From assembly GCA_050743625.1 (NCBI GenBank), contig JBOGED010000195.1:1643-65642 (forward strand): DNA of 64,000 nucleotides, written 5' to 3'. Shown here in pieces: positions 9,945 to 18,158 of this stretch (positions are counted from its first letter, which is position 1; the number at the start of each line of letters is the position of its first letter). Source of the DNA: Egibacteraceae bacterium. Its GTDB lineage: Bacteria; Actinomycetota; Nitriliruptoria; Euzebyales; Egibacteraceae. The notes beneath the pieces were generated by a model that saw only the letters and a list, made by a program, of their open reading frames with translations, was not told the DNA's origin and made no database searches. The translations under genes and the position numbers were made by a program.

Positions 9945-10900
9945 ATTCGCACTGAGATGAGAACCGGCTGCACGTCGCCCGCTTTACCGATTTTGCCTTA
10001 AGAGCGACATGCCAGCCGGCCTAAGGGCTTGGGAGGAAAATGACGTTATGGTTTGTCTGACTTGGGCCGACCGGCAAGGTGTCGGTCGACAGGTGTCCGT
10101 GGAGCATCCGCGACCGATACGTCGTCAATGCTCCACACAACCAGCTTCCCCCAGGTGAGTGTGCGTTCATGAGCGCATACGCCTGAGCACGCACATCACA
10201 CCGGAGCGCACCCGCGGACGGGCGCACGGTGGATGCGGTTCCCCAAGGGGGCGTATACGCGCCAATGGCAACGTTATTTGCACCCGTGCCCTGACTAACC
10301 AACTCTGCACAGCAGCTCATGCCGGCTGCCGCCGCGCCCCGGAGGATAAGAATCCGGCAAACCAGGCATCCCGTGATCTTTCCGCGTTCGAGTGGGGCAC
10401 CGAACGAAGCGCCGGGCGCTACTGAGAATCGGCTGCACGTCGCCCGGTTTGTCGGATTTTTGCCTTAAGGGCGGCGGCGTCAGCCAGCATTTTCCTGCAC
10501 TGTGCAGAGTTATGCCGAACTGCCGGCATTACTCTGCACAGTACGGTGAAGTGCTCCACCAGACTGGGGTGTTTCACCCAAACGGGGCCGCATATCGTCC
10601 CGTTTGCCGGATTCTCATCATCCGGGATGACGGCGCCAGCCGGCATGAGCTGCTGTGCAGAGTTATGCCAAACTACCGGCATTACTCTACACAGTGCAGG
10701 ATTAGGCCGCCAACCAACTGGCGCGAACCCGGCAAACCGGGCGGCATGTAGCCGATTCTCATCTCAGTACGGGGAAGTGGCTCCACCCGACTGGGGTGTT
10801 TAGCCCGAATGGGAACTGCACATCGCACGGTTTGCCGGATTCTCATCATCCGGAGGTTGTCAATGGCGCCAGCCGGCATTACCTGCACTGTGCAGGCCTG
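9945..10900. repeat. Cluster of nested palindromic MITE/REP-like repeats (families A and B, both orientations)
   Basis: Family A hairpins CTGTGCAGAGTTATGCCG-n-CGGCATTACTCTGCACAGTGCAGG lie at about 10496-10545 and 10653-10700, with a partial copy at 10868-10900. Family B units (GGATTAGGCCGGCTG..TAAGGC..CCGGCAAACCGGGCGAC..GCCGATTCTCATCTCAGTGCAGG) lie at 9948-10024 and 10420-10495 (reverse) and 10695-10770 (forward). Sub-repeats GTTTGCCGGATTCTCATCATCCGG and GACTGGGGTGTTT also occur. Confidence 0.8.
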
Positions 10901-11072
10901 ACTAAACCGCCAACGAGCTCTAGTTTGTAGCGACCTGTATGAGAAGAGCTGCGTCTCTCGGCGCTAGTGGAGCGTCGCATAAGTCGTTTGAATGTCCGTC
11001 GGCGCCATTTGTGCTGGATATCGGCGGTCCATACTCCGCCGGGTCCAGCACAAAGAACTTCGGCAACGGTCA

Positions 11073-12314
11073 CTAGGGGGGTGCGATCTCCGAGGGTGGG
11101 TCCTCTACTTCTGTGAGATTCTCGTCCGAGGATGAGTCGATGTTCGTTGCTGTTGTTTCCTTATTGGTGATTGCTGGTGGCGTGTCAGATCGCTGGGACG
11201 GTTCCTCTGCGGGAGGCGGTGGAGCAGATTTCGTTAGGGGGAGTGGCTCAAACCCGTCGGGCGGCGGTTGTGAGGATTGCTCGATCAGCTCCGGGGGAGG
11301 CTGTTCTGGAACCTCCGTGGTCACCGCTCCCGTCTTTGGCTCATCGGCTGTGGTGTCGCCGGCTGTGGTGTCGCCGGCAGTCGCGTCATCGGCGGCCGCG
11401 GGAGTGCCGGCCGCAGCGAGAGCGGTCGAGGGAGGAGCCTCTACAAGCGGGTCATTCGGAGCAGGACCGGCGGTCACGGTCGCGGCGTGGTCATTGGCTG
11501 GTGGGGACTCGGCGGTGGAGAGCAGCGCCGGCGGTTCAACGGGCGTCGGCGGTTCAACGGGCGTCGGCGGTTCAAGGGCCGCGGGTGGCTCGGCCGTCGC
11601 GACCGGCTTCGCTTCGTCCAGCGGAGCCGGTCCCGCAGGCGTGGCCATATGCGGTGAGACGGGCTGATGCTCTGGGGCGGGCTCGAAGTCGGTCCACGGC
11701 GTGCCCAGGTAGGTGGGAGTTGTCGTGGTGACGGGCTGCATGGGGAGCAATGGGTTGCCGCACTGGCAGCGGACCCGCGGGACGCCGTGGGCGTCGACGA
11801 GCACGCCGCTGCCCTGCTGGAGCACCGCTTGGAAGGCTCGGAGACTGCCATCCTTGAACCCATGGTTGGTGACGCGGAGATCCCGGTCGAGCGTGCGTGG
11901 AGTGAGCTCGCGCATGTACGCCCCGATCTGGTCGACCTCGAGGCTCCACCCGAGCGCCGGGTCGGCGTTCAACGCTTGCGTCCACGCCGCCGCGCGTGCG
12001 GAGTCGGAGGTGAGGAACGCGATGAGCCGCTCCGGGTCACAGCCGGTGCCAGAAGTGACGCCAGCCGACGGAGCCGGAGCCGGGGCGTCCGAAGCCGGAG
12101 CCAGGGCGTCGAACGCCGGCGCGCCTGGACCCGGTGCCTCAGCGGCCGCCGCGGGACTGGGGACGAAGGGGTCGGAGCCCTGTTCCGCGGCCTGCTCCAG
12201 GACGATCTGGCTCTCGCCGGCCAGCCAGCCGGTGAAGCCCAACCATCCCGCGGCGCTGACGACGGCGGTGACAGCGATGATGGCCAACGTGAGGTTGCCG
12301 CTCTTCGATACCAT
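11073..12314 (-). CDS. Membrane-anchored protein with a conserved globular domain and a Pro/Ala/Thr-rich tail
   Basis: The ATG at 12314 is preceded by GAGGAA. There is an N-terminal TM helix (LTLAIIAVTAVVSAAGWLGFTGWLAG). The central domain contains GVPRVRCQCGNPLLP. The tail has short repeats (PPTPVEPPTPVEPP, TAGDTTAGDTTA) mirrored by 18-nt and 15-nt DNA tandem repeats. The gene lies directly downstream of the ABC pair on the same strand. Confidence 0.65.
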   Translation of the reverse strand: MVSKSGNLTLAIIAVTAVVSAAGWLGFTGWLAGESQIVLEQAAEQGSDPFVPSPAAAAEAPGPGAPAFDALAPASDAPAPAPSAGVTSGTGCDPERLIAFLTSDSARAAAWTQALNADPALGWSLEVDQIGAYMRELTPRTLDRDLRVTNHGFKDGSLRAFQAVLQQGSGVLVDAHGVPRVRCQCGNPLLPMQPVTTTTPTYLGTPWTDFEPAPEHQPVSPHMATPAGPAPLDEAKPVATAEPPAALEPPTPVEPPTPVEPPALLSTAESPPANDHAATVTAGPAPNDPLVEAPPSTALAAAGTPAAADDATAGDTTAGDTTADEPKTGAVTTEVPEQPPPELIEQSSQPPPDGFEPLPLTKSAPPPPAEEPSQRSDTPPAITNKETTATNIDSSSDENLTEVEDPPSEIAPP

Positions 12315-12325
12315 TGTCGTATTCC

Positions 12326-14080
12326 TCACAAAACTCGTTGCGCGACGGGACGGCGTGGCGGCGACATCTGTGGCTGCCAATGCCCGACAAGGTCGGCGTA
12401 GATAGGCGAGGTGGCGAGCAAGGACGCGTGCGTCCCGAGGAGGGGCGTCGCGCCGTTCATGAGCAGGATCCGCTCGGCGCGGAGGGCGGAGCTGATCCGG
12501 TGGGCGATGACGATGAGCGTGCCTCCCCGGGACGCGAAGGCCTGTTCGGCGCGCGCCTCGGCGACGGGGTCGAGGTGGCAGGTGGCCTCGTCAAGCAGCA
12601 CGATCGCGGCTCGGGAGAGGTAGACCCGGGTCAGGGCGACGAGCTGCCGCTCACCGGTGGACAGCTCGGCGCCGTCTGGGCCGAGCAGCGCGCCGTAGCC
12701 GCCCAACCGCTCCACCACCGGCCGCATGCCGACGAGCTCAGCGGCTCGGTCGAGCTCGTCGTCGTCGGCGTGCGGCCACAGGTAGGTGAGGTTGTCGCGG
12801 AGCGTGCCCGCGAACACGTATGCCTCCTGCGGGATCAGCGCGACGACGCGCCGGAGGTGCGGTCCAGAGACATCGACCAAGGGAACGCCGCCGAGACGCA
12901 CCTCCCCGCGGTCTGGGGGTACCAGCCCCGCGAGAAGGTTCGCGAGCGTCGACTTGCCAATGCCGCTCGGGCCCACGATCGCGAGGTGGGTGCCATGTGA
13001 GATCCCAAGGGTGAGGTCCCGTACGACCGGCTCCGCATGCGCACCGTACGCGAACGTGACGCCGTCGAGCTCAAGGTCGTGGCCGGCCGGCACCAGCCCC
13101 AGACCGGCCGGTGGCTCGGGAGGGACCCGGCACGCGACCGCGAGGTTCGCCAACACGACGCGCAGCTGCAAGCCCCAGCTCCCCGTCACGTCGACGAGGG
13201 AGTCCAAGGCGGGCGCGAGGCTGCCGGTGAGGTAGACGATCGCGCCACTCAGCTCGCCGATCGACAGCTGCTGGCGCCGGAGCAACCACGGGGATGCGAT
13301 CAGAATTCCGATGACGGGGAGGTCGGCTCCGAGGGTAACGACGAGGGTTCTGATGGTGTCGGCGCGGGCCATCCGGCGGGACGCGAGGGCCTGCTGGTCG
13401 ATGGACGCGCCCACCAGCGCGGCGGCGCGTTGCCCGGCGCCACACGCCACCACGTCGCGCAGGCCGCCGAGGACCTCACCGGCGGATCGCGCGATCGCCT
13501 CGGTCTCGAGCACGAGCGACCGTTGCCGCTGGCTCAGCGGTCGCAGGAGGCTCACATAGAGCACCAGGGCGAGGATCAGCGGTGGTGCCACGAGCAGTGC
13601 GATGCTGGGTGCAAGGGCGGCGATACCCACGAGGCTCGCGATCAACCCGAAACCGACCTGTCGCATGGTCTGTATCAGCGCGGACAGGAGCCCGCGCACC
13701 GACTCCACCTGTTGGGCGAGTCGCGCGACCTCTGTGCCGTCCGGCGCGCCCTGCCGGGCGGTCCCCCTTACCAGCGCCGCGACGGCGACGTCGCGGGCGA
13801 GCGCGTCGCGGACCGGCTCCACCACCTCGGCGAGCCAGGGAAACAGCCGGCGTGTGGCGACCGTGGAGACCACGCGGGCGATACCGAGCAAGCCGAGCCA
13901 ACTCAAGCCCACCATCGGGCGCCCGGCCAGGAAGCCCTCGTCGAGCGCGGCGGCGACGTAGAGCCCAGAGGTCAGCGCGGGGAGCGCCTCGACGAGGGAC
14001 CAGCCGACGACCCGCAGGAGCGCACGCCACTGGCGCGACAGGTGCCGGAAAAGCAGTGCCCAACCGCCGCCGCGCCTCAC
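12326..14080 (-). CDS. ABC exporter, fused permease-ATPase (half-transporter 2 of the class IV lanthipeptide operon)
   Basis: Six-TM N-terminal domain. Walker A GPSGIGKST, signature LSTGERQ and Walker B IVLLDEATCHLD. Its start overlaps the upstream gene by 4 nt. Confidence 0.9.
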   Translation of the reverse strand: MRRGGGWALLFRHLSRQWRALLRVVGWSLVEALPALTSGLYVAAALDEGFLAGRPMVGLSWLGLLGIARVVSTVATRRLFPWLAEVVEPVRDALARDVAVAALVRGTARQGAPDGTEVARLAQQVESVRGLLSALIQTMRQVGFGLIASLVGIAALAPSIALLVAPPLILALVLYVSLLRPLSQRQRSLVLETEAIARSAGEVLGGLRDVVACGAGQRAAALVGASIDQQALASRRMARADTIRTLVVTLGADLPVIGILIASPWLLRRQQLSIGELSGAIVYLTGSLAPALDSLVDVTGSWGLQLRVVLANLAVACRVPPEPPAGLGLVPAGHDLELDGVTFAYGAHAEPVVRDLTLGISHGTHLAIVGPSGIGKSTLANLLAGLVPPDRGEVRLGGVPLVDVSGPHLRRVVALIPQEAYVFAGTLRDNLTYLWPHADDDELDRAAELVGMRPVVERLGGYGALLGPDGAELSTGERQLVALTRVYLSRAAIVLLDEATCHLDPVAEARAEQAFASRGGTLIVIAHRISSALRAERILLMNGATPLLGTHASLLATSPIYADLVGHWQPQMSPPRRPVAQRVL

Positions 14081-15906
14081 GTGAGCACCCCTTGGTGCTC
14101 CTCCTGCGTGGAGCCGGCGAACACCGCCTGGTACTCCGGGTCGTCCCAGAGCAGCACGTGCGGCGCCAACGCCCTGATCCGTCCCCCGTCGAGCCAGGCG
14201 ACGAGGTCAGCTCTGGCCGCCGCGGCGGCTCGGTGCGCCACCACCATGCGGGTGCGGCCCGCCGGCGAGGCATACAGAGCCGTCTCCACCTGGACCTCGG
14301 TGGCGGTGTCGAGGCTCGAGGTCGCGTCGTCGAGCACCAACACCCGCCCACCCTGCGCGATCGCGCGGGCGAGGCCGAGCCGCTGGACCTCGCCACCCGA
14401 CAACGGCATCCGCGCGGGCGGTGTTGCGTAGCCGGCGGGAAGGCGGCGGACGAAGCCGTCCGCCTGAGCAGCCTCGGCGGCGCGCTCGACCTCCGCTCGG
14501 CTGGCCGACGGCCGGCCGTAGGCGATCGCGGCCTCGATCGTCGAGCCGAGCAGCGCGGGGCGCTCGAAGGCGTAGGAGACCGCGCGGCGCAGCTCGCCCT
14601 CGCGGATCCGCGAGACGGGGACGCCGTCGAGCAGCACCTCGCCCTCGTCGGGATCGACGAGGCGCCCGACTAGGGAGGCCAACGTCGTCTTGCCCGCGCC
14701 CGAGCGGCCGACGATCGCGACGGCGGCGCCGGCCGGAATGTCGAGGTCGAGCTGGTCGAGCACCACGGTCTCGCCCGCGCGGACGGTGATGCCTCGGAAC
14801 GTCACCGCGCCTGGGCCATCGGGCAGCGGGCGTGTGCCGGGGAAGTGGATGGGGCGCTCGGCGAGTACCTCAGCCACCCTGGCGGCGCCGGCGCGTGCGC
14901 TGACCGACTCCAGGACGGAGTCGATCTGCTCAAAGAGGCCGAGGGCCAGGGTGAAGTAGCCGACCGCGGCGAGCAGGTCGCCGGGCGTGAGGCGCCCGGC
15001 CGTCACGCCGAAGCCGGCCACGGCGAGCACGACGATCTGGAGCAGTGGCACGAGCAGCCCGAACTGCCACGTCACCTCCTGCTGTGCCCTCCACATACCG
15101 CGGCCGGTGGCCGACAGCTGGGGGAGCGGAGCGAGGACCCGGTCGATCTCGCGAGTCACCGTCCCGCTCGCGCGGATCGTCCGTATGCCCCGGAGCGCGT
15201 CGATGAGCCTTGTGGCGATCGCGGCCTGCAGCCGCCGGTAGTCGAGGAACAGATCCGACGCCTCGTGGATGAACCTGCGCAGGAACATGAACGTGATCGG
15301 CGCGCTGACGAGGAAGGTCGCGGCGAGGCGCCAGTCGATCAGCCAGAGCGCCACCACGGCGCCGATCGTGGTGGCCACGGTCACGACCGCGTCGAGCACC
15401 TCGCCCAACACCTGCGCGGCACCGGGTGCGTCACCGGTGAGCCGGGTCATCACGTCGCCTGCCCCGAAACGGCGCTGCCCCGCGATCCCCAGCGCGAGCA
15501 CGTGCCGGAACAGCCGGTGCCGCAGCCAGGCGACGACCGACGCTCCATAGGACGCGCCGGCCACGCTCGCCAGCATCTCCGCGAGCATCCCGGCGGCGAC
15601 CAGCGCGCCGAGGCGCACGAGTGCCACGCCGGGTGGCTCTCCTTGCAGCGCGGCGTCGACCGCCACCGCCAGCGCGGCGGGGAACAGCAATGCCGCGCCC
15701 GCATCGACGAGCATCGCGATGACGAGGGCGATGGTCCAACGCGGCGTTCGCCTCGCCGCCTGCAGCAGTAGGCGGTTGACCGTCGGCGGAGGCTCGTACG
15801 CGCCGGCCGAAGTCAATGGGGGATGACCCTGGGAAGCCGCCGCCGGCTCAGGGATCGGCCGGGGGGATCCCCGATTGTGCTTGCCCGCTCGCTCAGTGAA
15901 CATCAT
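14077..15906 (-). CDS. ABC exporter, fused permease-ATPase (half-transporter 1 of the class IV lanthipeptide operon)
   Basis: TM domain followed by Walker A GRSGAGKTT, signature LSGGEVQR and Walker B VLVLDDATSSLD. Confidence 0.9.
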   Translation of the reverse strand: MMFTERAGKHNRGSPRPIPEPAAASQGHPPLTSAGAYEPPPTVNRLLLQAARRTPRWTIALVIAMLVDAGAALLFPAALAVAVDAALQGEPPGVALVRLGALVAAGMLAEMLASVAGASYGASVVAWLRHRLFRHVLALGIAGQRRFGAGDVMTRLTGDAPGAAQVLGEVLDAVVTVATTIGAVVALWLIDWRLAATFLVSAPITFMFLRRFIHEASDLFLDYRRLQAAIATRLIDALRGIRTIRASGTVTREIDRVLAPLPQLSATGRGMWRAQQEVTWQFGLLVPLLQIVVLAVAGFGVTAGRLTPGDLLAAVGYFTLALGLFEQIDSVLESVSARAGAARVAEVLAERPIHFPGTRPLPDGPGAVTFRGITVRAGETVVLDQLDLDIPAGAAVAIVGRSGAGKTTLASLVGRLVDPDEGEVLLDGVPVSRIREGELRRAVSYAFERPALLGSTIEAAIAYGRPSASRAEVERAAEAAQADGFVRRLPAGYATPPARMPLSGGEVQRLGLARAIAQGGRVLVLDDATSSLDTATEVQVETALYASPAGRTRMVVAHRAAAAARADLVAWLDGGRIRALAPHVLLWDDPEYQAVFAGSTQEEHQGVLT

Positions 15907-16012
15907 CTAAGACATGCGAGCCGCGACGGACACTGCATGATCCAAGGTCCTTTCGGTGGATCTGTAGGCGTGGCATTGCTGCCTGATCCTTGCGATGCTG
16001 GGTGAGGTGAGG

Positions 16013-16064
16013 GGTACGGAGGACGAGCCCCCAGGACTTGAATCCTGGGACTCGCCTCCGTACC
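16013..16064 (-). terminator. Long imperfect hairpin between the class IV precursor gene and the ABC genes (candidate attenuating terminator)
   Basis: GGTACGGAGG-ac-GAG-ccc-CCAGGA-cttgaa-TCCTGG-ga-CTC-g-CCTCCGTACC, located 48 nt downstream of the precursor stop codon. Confidence 0.45.
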
Positions 16065-16111
16065 TCTCCGGGCCGACCTGACTCTTGTAAGGCCGGATGG
16101 TCGTCTGTGCC

Positions 16112-16303
16112 CTAGAACTGAATGTTCGCTTGGGTCCCAACGCAGGTGACTGCGCAGGAAAGGCCGCAGACGAAGACGTTGACTCCGACGTTGACCCGGA
16201 CCCGGCGCCTATGGCGAAGGCCGATCTCGGTGCTGCTTGCCGTGACAGGATCGGTTTCCGGCAGGAGCTGCAACGCGGTGACGTCGACTTCCAGTGTTTG
16301 CAT
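16112..16303 (-). CDS. Class IV lanthipeptide precursor (LanA)
   Basis: 63 aa: MQTLEVDVTALQLLPETDPVTASSTEIGLRHRRRVRVNVGVNVFVCGLSCAVTCVGTQANIQF. A strong RBS (GGAAGGAGGTGAACA) lies 3 nt before the ATG. The leader LLPETDPV resembles the venezuelin-type leader as I recall it. The C-terminus is Cys/Ser/Thr-rich. GC3 is high. The gene sits between the peptidase and the transporters of a LanL operon. Confidence 0.8.
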   Translation of the reverse strand: MQTLEVDVTALQLLPETDPVTASSTEIGLRHRRRVRVNVGVNVFVCGLSCAVTCVGTQANIQF

Positions 16304-18158
16304 CGATGTTCACCTCCTTCCGTGGTGTCGTGGATGAACGGAGAAATCGCACGATGCGTGCCTGCAGCGGGTCGGGACCACCGGGACCGAGCACCTCGTG
16401 CCCGTCCGGGACCTCGACGTAGTCGAGGTCCAGGCCTTCACACCTGCCCAGCCCGAGCAGGCGGCCTCGGAGCAGGCGTGAGTGGCTGACCGGGATCAGC
16501 TCGTCGTGGTCGCCGTGGACGATCAGCAGCTTGGCGGTGATCGCGGGGCAGAGCCGCAGCACGTCACGAGGCCCGTGCGCGTCGCCCAGCTCCTCGTGAC
16601 CGCCCAGCCGCTCGAGCAACCCGCGGACCGCCGGGGAGCCGTCGGCGTAGAGCCGGGGTCCCGAAAGGAAGGGCGCGATCGCGGCGCAGTGGGACCACGA
16701 GCTGGACTCGCGGGCCGCGCAGAGCAGCGCCAGGAACGCGCCGTAGCTGATCCCGAGGAGCATGAGCCCCTCGTGGCCGCGCTCGGCGGTGAGGGACCGT
16801 GCGACGGCCAAGATGTCCTCGACGTCCGGGCCGCCCCAAGCGCCGTGGATGGCGTCCGCGTGCGCCGCCCCGTATCCGGTGCTACCGCGGGGGTTGAGCG
16901 CGACGACGGCAATGCCGGCGCGAGCCAATGCTTGGAACAGTGGGTCGAACTCGAAGCGCCAGGCGTCGGCGGGACCGCCATGCAGCGCGACGACGAGGCG
17001 CTCGGCCCTGCGCCACCCTTCGCCCCCATAGACGATGGCCTCGATGGGACCGGCCGGGCCGTCGAGGCGCTCGATGCGAGCGGGCTCCCAACCTTCCCCG
17101 GACTCTCCGGCCACCGACCAGCCCTGACCTCCTTCGACGCCGACGGTGGCCACGGCTGGCGGCATGGCGGGGGTAGAAAACGGAAAGCGCAGCAGCTCAT
17201 CGTCCCAGTACGCGGTGCCGCGGACCTGGCCCGCGGGGATCTCGACGGGGGTGAGGTGGTCCTTGGCGGGGCTGTACACCACGAGGCAGGACCGCACGCC
17301 CTCGTTCAGGTGCACCAGGACGCGCTCCTGGCTCGTGTCCAGCGTCAGCGGCCGTGGCGCGTGGCTGGGGTGGTGCAGTGCCTCAGGGAACCGCACCGGC
17401 TCACCCGAGCCGAGCCTGGCCCAGCCGAGCCGGTCCTCGCCAGCCGCGTCCGTGCTGACCACCACCAGTCCGGACCGAGGGCCGGCCAGCAGCAACCGGT
17501 CGTTGCTCTGTGTGGAGACGTGGAGCAGTGGGGTCCACTCACCGGTCCGAAGGTCGAGGCCTCCCGCCTTGATCGGGCCGCCGTCCTCGGCGCGGTTGAG
17601 GCCCAGCAGGGTTCCCGCCTCGTCGAGCCAGGCGCCGCCGTAGAGCAGGCCAGGCAGCTCGATCACCCGCTCGAGGCGCGGTCGCCCATGCGTGACACGC
17701 CAGATGGTCGAGCATCCCGCGCTGTCCGTCTCGATCGCGAGCGCGTGCGAGCCCGCTCCGAGCGACGGCAAGAGCCGCAACCCGAGGCTTTCGACTACCG
17801 CGAGCACCTCCTCGCCTACGGCGCCCCCGCGGGGCCCCCAGCAGGAGCTGGGGAGGCGGGCCTCGATGCTGTCGACGCATCGGGCATCGAGCATGGCGAT
17901 CTCGTGGACCGTTTCGCGGTTGCGGCACAACAGGATGCGCCCGTCGTCGAGTGGCAGGAGCTGATCGGTGATCTCGACGGATCCGGGGACCTCGAGCGGC
18001 CGCCGATGGGCCGACGCGCCGCGAAACGACCAGGCCTCGAGCCTCGGGTGGTCCCGCTCGACGATGGCGAGGCACGCGGCGTGGCTGCCGTCCGGGGAGA
18101 ACCGGAAGCTCACCCGGTCCAGGACGAGCGTGCCGGTTTTCTCCAGGGTGGCGGTCAC
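16209..18158 (-). CDS. S9-family serine peptidase (prolyl-oligopeptidase / acylaminoacyl-peptidase-like), candidate leader peptidase
   Basis: N-terminal beta-propeller-like region. C-terminal alpha/beta-hydrolase domain with GISYGA (nucleophile Ser), HGDHDELIP (Asp) and PDGHEV (His). The GTG at 18158 overlaps the LanL stop codon (GTGA). The 3' tail overlaps the precursor start by 95 nt. Confidence 0.85.
   Translation of the reverse strand: MTATLEKTGTLVLDRVSFRFSPDGSHAACLAIVERDHPRLEAWSFRGASAHRRPLEVPGSVEITDQLLPLDDGRILLCRNRETVHEIAMLDARCVDSIEARLPSSCWGPRGGAVGEEVLAVVESLGLRLLPSLGAGSHALAIETDSAGCSTIWRVTHGRPRLERVIELPGLLYGGAWLDEAGTLLGLNRAEDGGPIKAGGLDLRTGEWTPLLHVSTQSNDRLLLAGPRSGLVVVSTDAAGEDRLGWARLGSGEPVRFPEALHHPSHAPRPLTLDTSQERVLVHLNEGVRSCLVVYSPAKDHLTPVEIPAGQVRGTAYWDDELLRFPFSTPAMPPAVATVGVEGGQGWSVAGESGEGWEPARIERLDGPAGPIEAIVYGGEGWRRAERLVVALHGGPADAWRFEFDPLFQALARAGIAVVALNPRGSTGYGAAHADAIHGAWGGPDVEDILAVARSLTAERGHEGLMLLGISYGAFLALLCAARESSSWSHCAAIAPFLSGPRLYADGSPAVRGLLERLGGHEELGDAHGPRDVLRLCPAITAKLLIVHGDHDELIPVSHSRLLRGRLLGLGRCEGLDLDYVEVPDGHEVLGPGGPDPLQARIVRFLRSSTTPRKEVNIDANTGSRRHRVAAPAGNRSCHGKQHRDRPSP

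Noticed and set aside
10021-10320. 99-aa ORF (MSCCAELVSQGTG...) and neighbouring 85-119-aa ORFs at 10392..10888.
   Set aside because: The starts and much of the sequence derive from the family A/B repeats. The same peptide strings (SCCAELC.., LCRVMP..HYS.QC) recur wherever the repeat occurs.
9945-10900. Possible CRISPR array, suggested by the recurring palindromic units.
   Set aside because: The units occur in both orientations, are nested and of unequal length, and have irregular spacing. Copies are dispersed singly elsewhere in the window. No cas genes are present.
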